64,000 nt of DNA from Trueperaceae bacterium (GTDB taxonomy: Bacteria; Deinococcota; Deinococci; Deinococcales; Trueperaceae). This document shows positions 53,347-63,280 of the stretch, piece after piece. Made by a program: the position numbers and the translations under genes. The DNA lies in contig OY759346.1 in assembly GCA_963662295.1 (NCBI GenBank), positions 1,299,542 through 1,363,541 on the forward strand, read 5' to 3'. How positions within the stretch are numbered: the first letter of the stretch is position 1; the number at the start of each line of letters is the position of its first letter. The notes under the pieces were generated by a model. It made no database searches. It saw nothing but the letters and a program-made list of their open reading frames with translations, and had not been told where the DNA came from.

Positions 53347-54053
53347 GCGTCCCGGTACTGGCCTGGAACGACCTGCCGCACATCTCCGCCGGCCAGATGC
53401 AGCAGATCATGATGCTGGCAACCGGCAAGTACGGACTCGACAACCGCCTGCTGGTCGAACACACCGCCCGCAATCTGGTCGAGGTGATCGACATCCACGC
53501 CCCCGAAGGGCCGATTCTGGTGGTTGCGGGGCGGGGCAACAACGGCAGTGGCGGTCTTGCTACCGCCCGCCTGCTGGCCCTGCGCGGCCGCCGGGTCTGG
53601 GTGGTGCCCACCCACGAGGCGGAGAACTATTCGGGCACCCCCAGGGAGGAGCTCGAGCACCTCAGGCATTTCGACACCGTCAGGGTCAAGTCGAGCATGC
53701 CCAGGATGAACTACTCGTGTGTGGTCGACGCCGCTATCGGCACCAACCTGGAGGGGCCTCCTCGAGGCCGCACCCTGGACGTGATCACGGTCATGAACAA
53801 CCAGCACGAAGGCTGCTGCGTGATCTCGCTCGACGCGCCGACGGGCATGTCTGCCGACGACGGTTCGATCCCAGGTGCGGTGGTGAATGCCGGCGTAACG
53901 ATGAGCGTCGCGCTGCCCAAGATCGGGATAAGACCGGGCGGTTCCGTCGGCCGGCTGTACCTCGGCGACATCGGCATTCCGCCGAGCCTCTACGGTTCGC
54001 TCGGGCTGGGGTCGGTCCAGCTGCCCGCGTTCGTGAGCGAAGTCGTCGGCTGA
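53343..54053 (+). CDS. NAD(P)H-hydrate epimerase (YjeF N-terminal domain)
   Basis: ILVVAGRGNNGSGGLATARLL motif. Overlaps the yebC stop (ATGA). Confidence 0.75.
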   Translation: MSVPVLAWNDLPHISAGQMQQIMMLATGKYGLDNRLLVEHTARNLVEVIDIHAPEGPILVVAGRGNNGSGGLATARLLALRGRRVWVVPTHEAENYSGTPREELEHLRHFDTVRVKSSMPRMNYSCVVDAAIGTNLEGPPRGRTLDVITVMNNQHEGCCVISLDAPTGMSADDGSIPGAVVNAGVTMSVALPKIGIRPGGSVGRLYLGDIGIPPSLYGSLGLGSVQLPAFVSEVVG

Positions 54054-54218
54054 GGGGCTCTCCCCCACCCGCCAGCGCTTACGGGCTCTTCTGCAACGTA
54101 TAGCTCTGTCCGTCGGTAACGAAGACCAGCGTCGAGCCGGTCAGGGTGGCCGTAAAGGCGAAGCCGCTACCGCTACTGGTAAACGTTCCGCTAAGGGCGT
54201 TCACCGACGCTTGCGCGG

Positions 54219-55349
54219 TTACCGGAAACTCCTCTGCCCGCCGAATAGCAAGCGGCCGCTATAGGCACCCTCTGAAGCGACCAGTTCCAGAACCAGATCG
54301 TCTCCCGAGAAGGTACCGACGAACGGATCCGCTGGTGCCGGGGCCAGCGGGTTCTGACCGGCCGGCGCGGCCGGCGCGAGCGGGCTGGTAGCCCCGTCGC
54401 CGACGACGACCGACAGGGTGTAGGCCGCCGGGTTCGGGACCAGATTCAGCACGTCGATATAGATCGGGCCCGGCGCCGGGTTGTCGATGGTGTGTGACGG
54501 GTTGAGCGTATCGGTAACGTCGATGAAATCCACGTCGTCGTAGTCGACGATGGGGGCGCCGATCTTGATGGCGAGATCGAGGTCGGCCCCGCTCCCTGCG
54601 ACCGCGATCGTGAGGCTCGGGGTGCCATCGGGCACGGTGACCACATAGGTGTGGAAGGTGGGGTTGTCCTCGCTCCGGGCAGCCATGGTGCCGCTGACCT
54701 GTCCACCGATGGCGATCGGGCCGTACGCGCCGCTGGGTTGGGGCTGCCCGCTGGGCGCCGGAGCTTGGGCGTCGTCGCCCGGAGGTGGCGTCGGTAGCGG
54801 CCCCTGGGCCCCCACAGGCGTGACCGTGAACGAGCCCAGCACCTGGTTAAGCACCGGTTGGTGCGTCGCCAAGGTGGGCGTCAAAGCCTCGAGAATTACC
54901 AGGTAGCCGCGGTCGCCACTGAGTACGAACACCATCTGCCAACTAACGTCGTTCTGCTGGTTGTCGAGGCCTCGGACCTCGACGATCTTGGCCGCCAGTC
55001 CGGCCACCACGGTATCTCCGCGCTGGACCTCCTGAAGGCCCGGGAAGCTCGCCAGGATCTCCGGCAGGATGTCGGCGACCGACTCCTCGAGGTCGGTGGT
55101 GACGTCGGTGCCGAGCAGGATCTCGACGGCAACCTCGCCGGACGAGGGGCTGCCGACCGCGGGGGCCAGCACGAAGAAGTTTTCGCCGCCCTCGGCGGTG
55201 TTCTCGCTGACCTCCCAGCCGCTGGGGTATCCGACGGTGAAGCCGAGATCTGGCCGGGCGTAGGCCTGGAGGCCGAGCTGGGCCGGTCCAAACGAGATCA
55301 GCGAAAGCAACCCGATGAGCATGACGATTTTGCTGCGAATACCCAACAT
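54219..55349 (-). CDS. Secreted hypothetical protein with Pro-rich linker and PPC-like beta domain
   Basis: Signal peptide, acidic and beta-rich segments (DYDDVDFIDV). A possible 3' frameshift is described in findings. Confidence 0.55.
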   Translation of the reverse strand: MLGIRSKIVMLIGLLSLISFGPAQLGLQAYARPDLGFTVGYPSGWEVSENTAEGGENFFVLAPAVGSPSSGEVAVEILLGTDVTTDLEESVADILPEILASFPGLQEVQRGDTVVAGLAAKIVEVRGLDNQQNDVSWQMVFVLSGDRGYLVILEALTPTLATHQPVLNQVLGSFTVTPVGAQGPLPTPPPGDDAQAPAPSGQPQPSGAYGPIAIGGQVSGTMAARSEDNPTFHTYVVTVPDGTPSLTIAVAGSGADLDLAIKIGAPIVDYDDVDFIDVTDTLNPSHTIDNPAPGPIYIDVLNLVPNPAAYTLSVVVGDGATSPLAPAAPAGQNPLAPAPADPFVGTFSGDDLVLELVASEGAYSGRLLFGGQRSFR

Positions 55350-55430
55350 GGCGACCTCCAGGAGTGCTGCGGCGTCAAGCGCGGCGGTATAGGCGCCATC
55401 ATAGAACGCGGGTCGCCGTTGGGGGGAAGC

Positions 55431-55481
55431 CTGCGGGGTGAAGAGAGTGGGGACGCCTCCGGATAGTCTCCGGAGGCGTCC
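55431..55481 (-). terminator. Strong hairpin terminator downstream of the family-5 SBP gene
   Basis: Perfect 14 bp stem GGGACGCCTCCGGA-N5-TCCGGAGGCGTCCC followed on the minus strand by CUCUCUUC. Confidence 0.55.
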
Positions 55482-55514
55482 CTGGACCGCTGTACCGTTC
55501 TTTGCCGTGCGGTG

Positions 55515-57443
55515 CTATTCGGGCTTGTAGTACCACTGGTTACCGAAGTGGTTCAGGTCCAGCTTGCCCTCCAGCCAGGGCGGCAACTCGGTGGGGATGT
55601 TCCCGATGTTGGACCTGGAGATGAAGATGAACGGGGTCTCCGCGACCGTTCCGATGGTGTAGACGTTGTCCGACCACCGCTGCCAGTACTCGGTGGCGAG
55701 GAATAGGTAGTCCACGCTGCCGAACACGGTCGCCTGAAGATCCTGGAAGATGTTGGCCATCTCCATGATCTCGGCCGGCGGTTCCCGACCCGGCAGGACC
55801 CCGCCCTCGAAGTCAGCGAGCGTCTTCTCTCCCGATGCGACGTCGGCGCTGGCATCGAGCCACGTTCGCCAGTAGAAGTTCTTGAATCCCTGAATCGACG
55901 TTTCATCCAGGAGGGTGACGTACATCTCGCCCCGATCCTCGTTGTCGGGGATGACGTCCCATTCCATGGATTCAAATGCCGGCGCGACAGCGGAAGCGCC
56001 GACGCCCCTGAGCAGCACACCGACACCGACAGCTTCCCAGTATTCCTTCACCAGCTCGTGCAACGACAACCTGGAGGGGGAGATATTAGCGGACAACCCG
56101 ATGAGGATCGAAATGGGTTCGCCGTCGGACCCCAGGCGGATCCCGTTGTTGTCGCGCTCGGTCAGGCCCATGCCGTCGAGCAGCTCGTTCGCCAGGTCGG
56201 GATTGTAGTCCGCGAAGTTCGTGCCCCACTGTTCCTGGTAGAACGAGGCGCTCCTGACGACCGTGTGCTGCAGTCCCACACCAAAACCGGAGAAGACGAT
56301 GTCGTTGATCTCTTCGCGGTTAATTGCGGTGGACAGGGCCTGCCGGAACGCGACGCTGTTGAACAGCTCATTCTTCACCGGGTCCGGGTGACTGTAGTTG
56401 AAGTAGTATACGGCCACGCCGGTCTGGAACGAGGGCATGGTGTTCACCACGTAGTTGCCGGCTTCCTCGTTCTCTTTGTAGAGCGTGAAGTTCTCGAAGT
56501 TGGCGGAGCCGTACGCGAGATCCGCTTCGCCGGCAACGATCTTGAGGTTGTACGTCTCAGGATCGACGACCTGGGAGAGCACGGTGTCCACATACGGCAG
56601 CTGCTGCCCGGCGGTATCGACCTGATGCAGGTACGGGTTCCGCTCGTACAGCCGCGCCGTGGTCGTGAACTCCACGGGCATCCAGAACCCCGTGGTCGGC
56701 TTGTTGGTGTCGTTCAGCGGGTTGAATTCGCGGTGCCAATTGAAGGCATCTTGCCAGGAATCGAAGCCCTCTTCGGTGGCCAGGGCTTCGGCGTCTTCGT
56801 TGTAGTCTGGATGCCAGGTCTTGAGGTAGTTGCTGGGGTGGAACAGCGACCATTCGCCGCCCTTCCAGTGAACCATGTTCAGCAGGGTCTTGGGTATGGG
56901 CGCGCCGAGATGCATGATCACGGTGTAGTCATCGGGAATCTCGACGAACCCCTCGGGGGTGCCGAATTGTGACTGCGTCCAGGCGACGTCGAACTCGCGC
57001 ATATCTTCGCGCTTGAACCTGAAATCCTCGGAGGTGAACGGATCCCCGTTCGACCACCGCAAGCCCGGCCGCAGGTGCAGCGTGAAGGTCGTGTGGTCCT
57101 CGCTCTGCTCGAAGTCGAGAGCGAGGTCGGGAATGAATTCGCCGTCTATCGTCAACTCCAGCAGGAACGGACCCCGGGACGGCTCTTCGGTGAGATCGTT
57201 CCACGGGTGGTTCCCCAAGGAGAACACGTTGAACTGGCCGCCGTACACCCCGACCTCATCGATCGGCTGGACCACATTAGGGGTAGTAGGGAGGCGCTCC
57301 TCGAGGGGAGGCAGCTCGCCGCTGGCGACGCGCGCGTCGAGGTAGGGGGACTGGGTGTACATTCCTTGTGCGATGACGGTGGTAGCCAGCAGGCCTACAG
57401 CCAAGAAGAGGCTGGCCGTTGCGGCTTGGATGGTTCTTCTCAC
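55515..57443 (-). CDS. ABC transporter substrate-binding protein, family 5 (oligopeptide/oligosaccharide type)
   Basis: Signal peptide. About 640 aa with SBP_bac_5 architecture. GTG start with GGAAGG SD. Confidence 0.8.
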   Translation of the reverse strand: MRRTIQAATASLFLAVGLLATTVIAQGMYTQSPYLDARVASGELPPLEERLPTTPNVVQPIDEVGVYGGQFNVFSLGNHPWNDLTEEPSRGPFLLELTIDGEFIPDLALDFEQSEDHTTFTLHLRPGLRWSNGDPFTSEDFRFKREDMREFDVAWTQSQFGTPEGFVEIPDDYTVIMHLGAPIPKTLLNMVHWKGGEWSLFHPSNYLKTWHPDYNEDAEALATEEGFDSWQDAFNWHREFNPLNDTNKPTTGFWMPVEFTTTARLYERNPYLHQVDTAGQQLPYVDTVLSQVVDPETYNLKIVAGEADLAYGSANFENFTLYKENEEAGNYVVNTMPSFQTGVAVYYFNYSHPDPVKNELFNSVAFRQALSTAINREEINDIVFSGFGVGLQHTVVRSASFYQEQWGTNFADYNPDLANELLDGMGLTERDNNGIRLGSDGEPISILIGLSANISPSRLSLHELVKEYWEAVGVGVLLRGVGASAVAPAFESMEWDVIPDNEDRGEMYVTLLDETSIQGFKNFYWRTWLDASADVASGEKTLADFEGGVLPGREPPAEIMEMANIFQDLQATVFGSVDYLFLATEYWQRWSDNVYTIGTVAETPFIFISRSNIGNIPTELPPWLEGKLDLNHFGNQWYYKPE

Positions 57444-57841
57444 GTTTTCTCAACCTTCCATGAGAGGGTTCGTACCAGCTCTGGTACGCGTCTGAGGCGG
57501 ATCATCCAATTCCTTCCTCGGGCACCTCCAAACCCTCGATCCGAACGGAGGCAGCAAGCTGCCCTGCGAACTAACGATAGAAAAGCGAAACTCTCTCCGC
57601 AATGGCGACGCCTTACCGGTAGAAAAATGACCCGATTACGACAGAGCCCGCGTCTCAAGGGTTGTTAGCTACAATCATGCCGTTTGAGCCAGGGTCGTGT
57701 CAAATGAAGGGCTGCACATGCGCCGCCGGGTGGGCCTCAAGCGCGTGGTTTTGGAGGCGGTCAAGGCCCGGCGCGAGGGCGCAGATTCACTCCGGAAACT
57801 CGACCCCGAATGCCCAGCAGGACGTTCAGGCCGCGGCAAGT

Positions 57842-59251
57842 TCAGGCCAGTCGCACGGTTCCCGATAGGGCGTACAGCGTCGCATGGTGCAGCTCGAACA
57901 CGAGACGCACCCGGCGGCCGCCGAGGTTGGCTGGACGCTTTTCCCAGGTCAGGGCCGCGTCCACGCCGCCTGCGAAAATCGGAACGCAGTCGTCCAGGCC
58001 GTAGCCTTCGATGGGTCGACCTGTTTCGTCGACGACGGCTGCCCTGAGGGAGCCCCCGCGGGCGACGTCGACGTTCACCGTGAGCCCACCCGCGCCCAGG
58101 GTGAGCGGTGCCGTCGTCAAGCGGCCGCGTTCGCTGCGCGCGGCCTGGTAGCCGGCAAACCGGTCCCGCGGGAGGGTGGCGAGATTGAAGGTGCCCTCGC
58201 GAAAGGCGTTGTGTTGTCCGTTCCCACCGTAGTAGTAGAGGTAGTGGCTGTCCCCCATGAGGAGCGGCGCGGCCGCGTAGAGGCAGCCGCAGTCGTAGGC
58301 ACCGTCGGGATAGCTCCCCTCGCCACGAGGGATGAGCGGCTCTCCCGGGCATACCCGGTTCCAGCTGACGGTATCCGGGCTCCAGGCGAGTTCGGTGTCG
58401 ACGGTGTCCCAATCCGGGGCCGTTTCGTCACCTTTGTGGAAGATCGCCGGGAGTCCGAGGTAGCCGGAGCCGCGGTGGACCATCGGCATCGAGTAGATCT
58501 GGTCGTGAGCGTCCTCACCCCGGAATACCTGTACCGGCTCGGACCAGTGCACGAAGTCTTCGCTCTCGGTTCTCAGGACGACGCGGACCCGGTCGTCGGC
58601 TGCGCCCACCCAGCCGCGGGTGAGGGCCACGTAGCGCCCGTCGTCTGCGAGGCGCAGGGCGTTGTTGTGGGTGTCGCCCGCGGCGCTGTGCTCCGGCCAC
58701 GGTAGCGGCTGGGACCAGCGAAGGCCGTCGGCAGAAAACGCGGTCGCCATCCGATCGGGCCTGGCGTCGTTGAAGAATGCCTTGAAGAGGGCCTTGTAGC
58801 GGCGCGCGGGATCTTGGTCGAGAGGGTCCTTGAGTACCCCTGCGCCGTGGACACCGTGCGACTCGGTGCTCATGACGATGTTGTTGTCCAGCGATCCAGC
58901 GAACGCGATGAGGCCGAGGTCGGGCTTCGTCCACGCGAGGCCGTCGTCGGAGACCGCATACAGCAGCCCCTTTTCTGAGATGCCGCCGAGGAAGGGGGTG
59001 TGGACCCGCTCGGCGAGGGGGGTCTGCTCGCTCGATTCGTCACGGATGGACACGTTGTACCAGAGCTGGAAGCGGCCGTCGTCGAAGATCACAGTTGGAT
59101 AGAGATTGTCGTAGCGCGCCTCCCACCGCTTCGGTGGGTCGGCGAAGAACTCTTCGCCGAACAGCGGGTTCCGCGGGCTCTTCGCCACCGGGCCCGGCCG
59201 GAGCCGCAGGCGCTCGGTGCCGGCGACAACGCGTTCGTCGAGGACGAGCAA
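57842..59251 (-). CDS. Putative glycoside hydrolase, five-bladed beta-propeller (GH43/GH117/GH130-like)
   Basis: N-terminal NPLFGEEFFADPP resembles the GH43 catalytic-base region. Repeated WY/DG propeller motifs. Family assignment is uncertain. Confidence 0.45.
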   Translation of the reverse strand: MLVLDERVVAGTERLRLRPGPVAKSPRNPLFGEEFFADPPKRWEARYDNLYPTVIFDDGRFQLWYNVSIRDESSEQTPLAERVHTPFLGGISEKGLLYAVSDDGLAWTKPDLGLIAFAGSLDNNIVMSTESHGVHGAGVLKDPLDQDPARRYKALFKAFFNDARPDRMATAFSADGLRWSQPLPWPEHSAAGDTHNNALRLADDGRYVALTRGWVGAADDRVRVVLRTESEDFVHWSEPVQVFRGEDAHDQIYSMPMVHRGSGYLGLPAIFHKGDETAPDWDTVDTELAWSPDTVSWNRVCPGEPLIPRGEGSYPDGAYDCGCLYAAAPLLMGDSHYLYYYGGNGQHNAFREGTFNLATLPRDRFAGYQAARSERGRLTTAPLTLGAGGLTVNVDVARGGSLRAAVVDETGRPIEGYGLDDCVPIFAGGVDAALTWEKRPANLGGRRVRLVFELHHATLYALSGTVRLA

Positions 59252-59698
59252 GGTGCGCGTGGTGGGCTCCGGAATGACGAACCTCCTCGCTCGTCGATGC
59301 TCACAAAGGGGCGTGCTCGGGAGCTATCTTCCCTGGTAGCAGCCGCGTCTCTCCGCGGTCGAAAGCCCCGGCCCCCCCACAGGGCCTCCAAGGTACCATC
59401 CTCGATGATCTCGTCTGGAAGGTCGGCGCTTGCTGGCGCCAAGCTCGGCGCCTACATCGCAGGCAGCGGCGCACGGTCCCCGCTCGGCGGAGACGCAGCC
59501 CAGTCGCTGCCTCGGGTAAGGAGCGATATGGCCTTGACGATAGGGGACGTTGAAAGTGAGGAACTCCCGGGAAACTCAGAAACCGCAACAATTCCGATTA
59601 AACCCGTCACGGATTGACAAGACGGAATTCGTCTGCGTCGGCGCCGTTCCGGATAGCGTTTCGGTGGAAAATCTGCAGCTGCTGTGGAATGATGATGC

Positions 59699-60514
59699 AT
59701 GGCGAGCAGCTACCGACAAGACGGCTACCAGCTCGTCCGTCACGCCATCCCCCTGGCCGATCTGGAACCCTTTCGCGACCGTATTCGTGACCAGGTAGGC
59801 GTCTACGCTCAAACGCTGCTGGACGAGGGGAAGACCGATACCCTCCACCAGGACCTGCCCTTCGGCCAACGCCTGGCAGCGCTGCACACCGACAGCGACA
59901 CCCGCGGTATTCGCGGGTGGCATCTTCCACCCCTCGGCCCGGAATTGCGCGCCCTGATCCACCACCAAGCCATCGCCGATGCCCTCGAGCCCCAGCTCGG
60001 CCCCCACATCAGCTTCAACGGCAGCTACCATCTGCGGATCAGCCTGCCGCACAGCACGGTGTCACCGGTTCCGCTGCATCAGGACAGCCAGTACTACGGC
60101 AAGACCTCCCAGCACGCCCACATCGTCACCGTGTGGATCCCACTGGTCGATGTGGATGAAGGCAACGGCTGCCTCTACGTCATCCCGGGCAGCAACCGCT
60201 GGGAGTTGATCGGCAGCGCTCGCGATGATAACAACAAGATGCGCTCGTTCGAGGATGTAGCGGCCCGCGGTACCCCTATTCCCATGCCGATGACGGTAGG
60301 TGATATTCTGCTGTTTTCGAACCTGACCTTTCACGGCAGCAAGGTGAACCGGAGCGACGCGGTGCGCTGGAGCATCGATATTCGCTACGCCCGGACGCCT
60401 GGCACCTACGCCGCCTCCGAGCAGGAAAAGGCTGCCGAGGACTACAATTTCGAATACGTTAACAGGATCAAGGGTATCGCCCCGATGGTGGTGCGGGGAG
60501 ACGACCGGGCCTGA
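59699..60514 (+). CDS. Phytanoyl-CoA dioxygenase (PhyH) family Fe(II)/2-oxoglutarate oxygenase
   Basis: HxD...H facial triad (PLHQDSQYY ... FHGS) and PhyH-like length. Confidence 0.75.
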   Translation: MASSYRQDGYQLVRHAIPLADLEPFRDRIRDQVGVYAQTLLDEGKTDTLHQDLPFGQRLAALHTDSDTRGIRGWHLPPLGPELRALIHHQAIADALEPQLGPHISFNGSYHLRISLPHSTVSPVPLHQDSQYYGKTSQHAHIVTVWIPLVDVDEGNGCLYVIPGSNRWELIGSARDDNNKMRSFEDVAARGTPIPMPMTVGDILLFSNLTFHGSKVNRSDAVRWSIDIRYARTPGTYAASEQEKAAEDYNFEYVNRIKGIAPMVVRGDDRA

Positions 60515-60601
60515 GCGACGGCCGCTGAAGAACCGTCTCCACACCTACCCCTGGGGCTACGTTTTCCGCACCGGCTCGACCGACCGCTCGTGCTCAGTCA
60601 G

Positions 60602-61795
60602 CTATGAATCCTGGCGACGCTGCCCGATCCCCTCACGCCTGGCGATCTCCGCGAGCAGGTGTGACGGCTGAGGACGATCGGGATTCTTGATCGCGCTCGG
60701 CCGGTCGTCCCACAATCTCACGAGCGCCAGGCTCCGGTCGGCGAGCGGCAGATCCACCCGGACGTTCCCCAGACGGTGCGACTCACGAATGGCGATCGCG
60801 ATCTCGAGGAGGTGCCTCCCCATGTCGCCCGAACAGTTGGGCGTCTTACCCGTCTCGATGCACGCGATGGCATCTTTTACTTGCCCCACTTGGGCGCTCC
60901 AGATGCGTTGGGGGCGAGGAAAAACGTGCCGCACCGGCGTCGGGCGGGCCCCTTCGACGAACTCCCCTAGCTTCCATAACTCGAACTCGTACCCGGCGTT
61001 GCCGTTGTAGATGCGGATCGTTCCCAGCTCGCCGATCGCATCGATCGTCCACGTCGATGCGCCGCTCGGCATCATCCGGCAGAACCCGCGGGCACCGTCC
61101 TCAAACGCCAGGTAGGCGTTACCGGCTAGATCCCCACCCTCAGCCACCTTCTCATCGCTCTCCGCTTCACCCACGAGCCACGACACCCGCTCGCTGCCGC
61201 CCGCCAGGACGCACATCGCGCCGAGCCAGTGGACACCCATGTGCGCCAGAGCCCCGCTGCCGTGCCCGGTGACCTGGAGCATCTTCCCGAGGACGCCCTC
61301 GTCGATGAGCGCCCGAGCTCGACGGAAGTACACGTCCGAGGCGCGCATGGCGTTGACGATCAGGATGATGCCCGCCTCCTGGCAGGCCTCCACCATGGCG
61401 TCGGCTTCCGCTAGCGAGACCGCCATCGGTTTCTCCACCCAGATGCACTTGACGTCTATTCGTCCTTCACGCACCATGCGCGCGATGTCCAGGGTGACGT
61501 TGGCTCGCGGCGCGACGTGGGTACAGACGCTCACGATGTCGGGGCGCTCACGCTCGAGCATCTCTTCGTAGCTCTCGTAGAGGTGGTCGTCGGGGATTCC
61601 CCAACGCTGTCCGAACGCTTCGCGTTGCTCCGCGTACAGATCGGAGGCGCCGACGACCTGCACCTCGGGTACGTCCCGGTAACTGCCCATGTGGCTGAAG
61701 GGGGCCAGCCAGCCGCTGCCCACCGTCTCGTCGTCGATGGTGTCGGCGATTCTGCCTAGTCCGATGAGGGCTGCTCGGTAACGCTTGTCGTTCAT
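60602..61795 (-). CDS. Gfo/Idh/MocA family NAD(P)-dependent oxidoreductase
   Basis: N-terminal Rossmann fold (ALIGLGRIA) and GFO_IDH_MocA C-terminal domain. Confidence 0.85.
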   Translation of the reverse strand: MNDKRYRAALIGLGRIADTIDDETVGSGWLAPFSHMGSYRDVPEVQVVGASDLYAEQREAFGQRWGIPDDHLYESYEEMLERERPDIVSVCTHVAPRANVTLDIARMVREGRIDVKCIWVEKPMAVSLAEADAMVEACQEAGIILIVNAMRASDVYFRRARALIDEGVLGKMLQVTGHGSGALAHMGVHWLGAMCVLAGGSERVSWLVGEAESDEKVAEGGDLAGNAYLAFEDGARGFCRMMPSGASTWTIDAIGELGTIRIYNGNAGYEFELWKLGEFVEGARPTPVRHVFPRPQRIWSAQVGQVKDAIACIETGKTPNCSGDMGRHLLEIAIAIRESHRLGNVRVDLPLADRSLALVRLWDDRPSAIKNPDRPQPSHLLAEIARREGIGQRRQDS

Positions 61796-62089
61796 GCCAC
61801 TCCCCTATCCGATGGAAGCTCGACCCCAGCGACGGGTTGACTTCTTCGCCGGGTTCTTCCGCCTGTTTCAGAATAACCGCTGTCAACCGAGGGGTCATCG
61901 CATGGCGTGTCTTGGGCGAACACGGGGGAGGTTGGAGGGAGATGCCTCGTGGCCGAGGGTGGGAAGGTGTTGGAGGTCCCCGATTGGGGGGATGCGCCTG
62001 CGTAGCAGAGCAGCCCGGGCTGCCGCCCGCAGGCCCTACAATTCAGCCAGGCGCCTGCGCACCCTCGGGCGCTCGGGTTAGAGAGTGCT

Positions 62090-63265
62090 TCAGGCCCTTC
62101 CGGATCGGAGGAAAGCCTCCACGTCCACGGCCCGCCCGAGATTCTGCGACTCGAAGAAGGCGAGCATCACGGTGAGAGACCGCAGGCCGTCGTGTCCCGA
62201 CACCTCGGGCGGGCGGTCGTCGAGGATGGCGCCCGCGAAGTCGTCGAATTCGACGGCGAGGAGGTTCGCGTCGATGTCAGCCCAGGGAAGGTCGTAGGAG
62301 GGTAGGCGCACCCCACCGAAGAGGTCGGCAGTGGTCCGGTCCAGCGTGAAGTCGGGGACGAGGTCCAGCAGATCGGCTGCGGGAACCTCGACGTCCTGAC
62401 CGTCTCTGCGCAGCACCACCTTCAGGGGGCTGCCCGTGCGGTCGGGGGGGATATCGAGCGTGCCGGCCGTTCCGTAGAGCGTCCGGCGGAAGTGGCCCTC
62501 GCCGCGGCCCGCGTGGCTCAGGAGCAGGTTGGCGAGCGCGCCGCTCTCGAAGCGGGCCGCACCGACCACTAGGTCCTCGGCGTCGGCGGGGTGCCAGACG
62601 CCCCGTTCATCGATCCGACGCTCGTCCACCACCTCGGCCATACCCACCACGGTGGCGATCGGGCCTAGCAGGTACTCGAGGACGTCGGCGTAGTGGACGC
62701 CCATGTCGAGGCCGATGCCGCCCTTCTCGCGTCGGTGGCGCCAGGGGGTGATGATGACCTTCTCGCCACCACTGGAGGAGCTCTGAACGGCCAGGAAGAC
62801 CCGTCCGAGGGCCCCCGCGTCGACGAGCGCGTGGGCGAGCCGGTTGATGGGGTCGCGGCGGTAGTTCTCGGCGACGGCGAGCTTGAGGCCGGCCTCGTCG
62901 GCGGCCCGCACCAACCTCAGGCCCTGATCCACGGTGAGGGCGATGGGCTTCTCGACCATGACGTGGGCGCCGGCCGCGAGGGCCTCCACGCCGACCTCCT
63001 CGTGGGTGTCGGGGGAGGTGGAAACGTCGAACGCGTCGAGGTCCGGATGGGCGGCGTGCAGGCCGGCGGTGGAGGCGTAGGTCTCGGGTCGGCGGCCGAG
63101 CAGCTCCCGCGCCCTGTCGGCCAGGCCCTCGCGCTGCGCCTCCACCGGGTCGGCGACGGCGACGAGGTCGAACTCGAGACGCCCCAGACCTTTGAGCTTC
63201 TCGAGGCCCAGGAGGTGCCTGCGGGCCATGCCGCCGCAGCCGCCGATCGCAAGGGTGAGGGTCAC
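62090..63265 (-). CDS. Gfo/Idh/MocA family NAD(P)-dependent oxidoreductase
   Basis: IGGCGGMARRH Rossmann motif and a family-typical catalytic region. Confidence 0.85.
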   Translation of the reverse strand: MTLTLAIGGCGGMARRHLLGLEKLKGLGRLEFDLVAVADPVEAQREGLADRARELLGRRPETYASTAGLHAAHPDLDAFDVSTSPDTHEEVGVEALAAGAHVMVEKPIALTVDQGLRLVRAADEAGLKLAVAENYRRDPINRLAHALVDAGALGRVFLAVQSSSSGGEKVIITPWRHRREKGGIGLDMGVHYADVLEYLLGPIATVVGMAEVVDERRIDERGVWHPADAEDLVVGAARFESGALANLLLSHAGRGEGHFRRTLYGTAGTLDIPPDRTGSPLKVVLRRDGQDVEVPAADLLDLVPDFTLDRTTADLFGGVRLPSYDLPWADIDANLLAVEFDDFAGAILDDRPPEVSGHDGLRSLTVMLAFFESQNLGRAVDVEAFLRSGRA

Positions 63266-63280
63266 GAATCTCTAGGGTGC

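Noticed and set aside
57480-57560. SRP RNA or other ncRNA in the long SBP leader (CCGAGGAAGGAA resembles the SRP domain IV GGAAGGAAGCAGC)
   Set aside because: The match is partial and none of the flanking conserved SRP helices are present.
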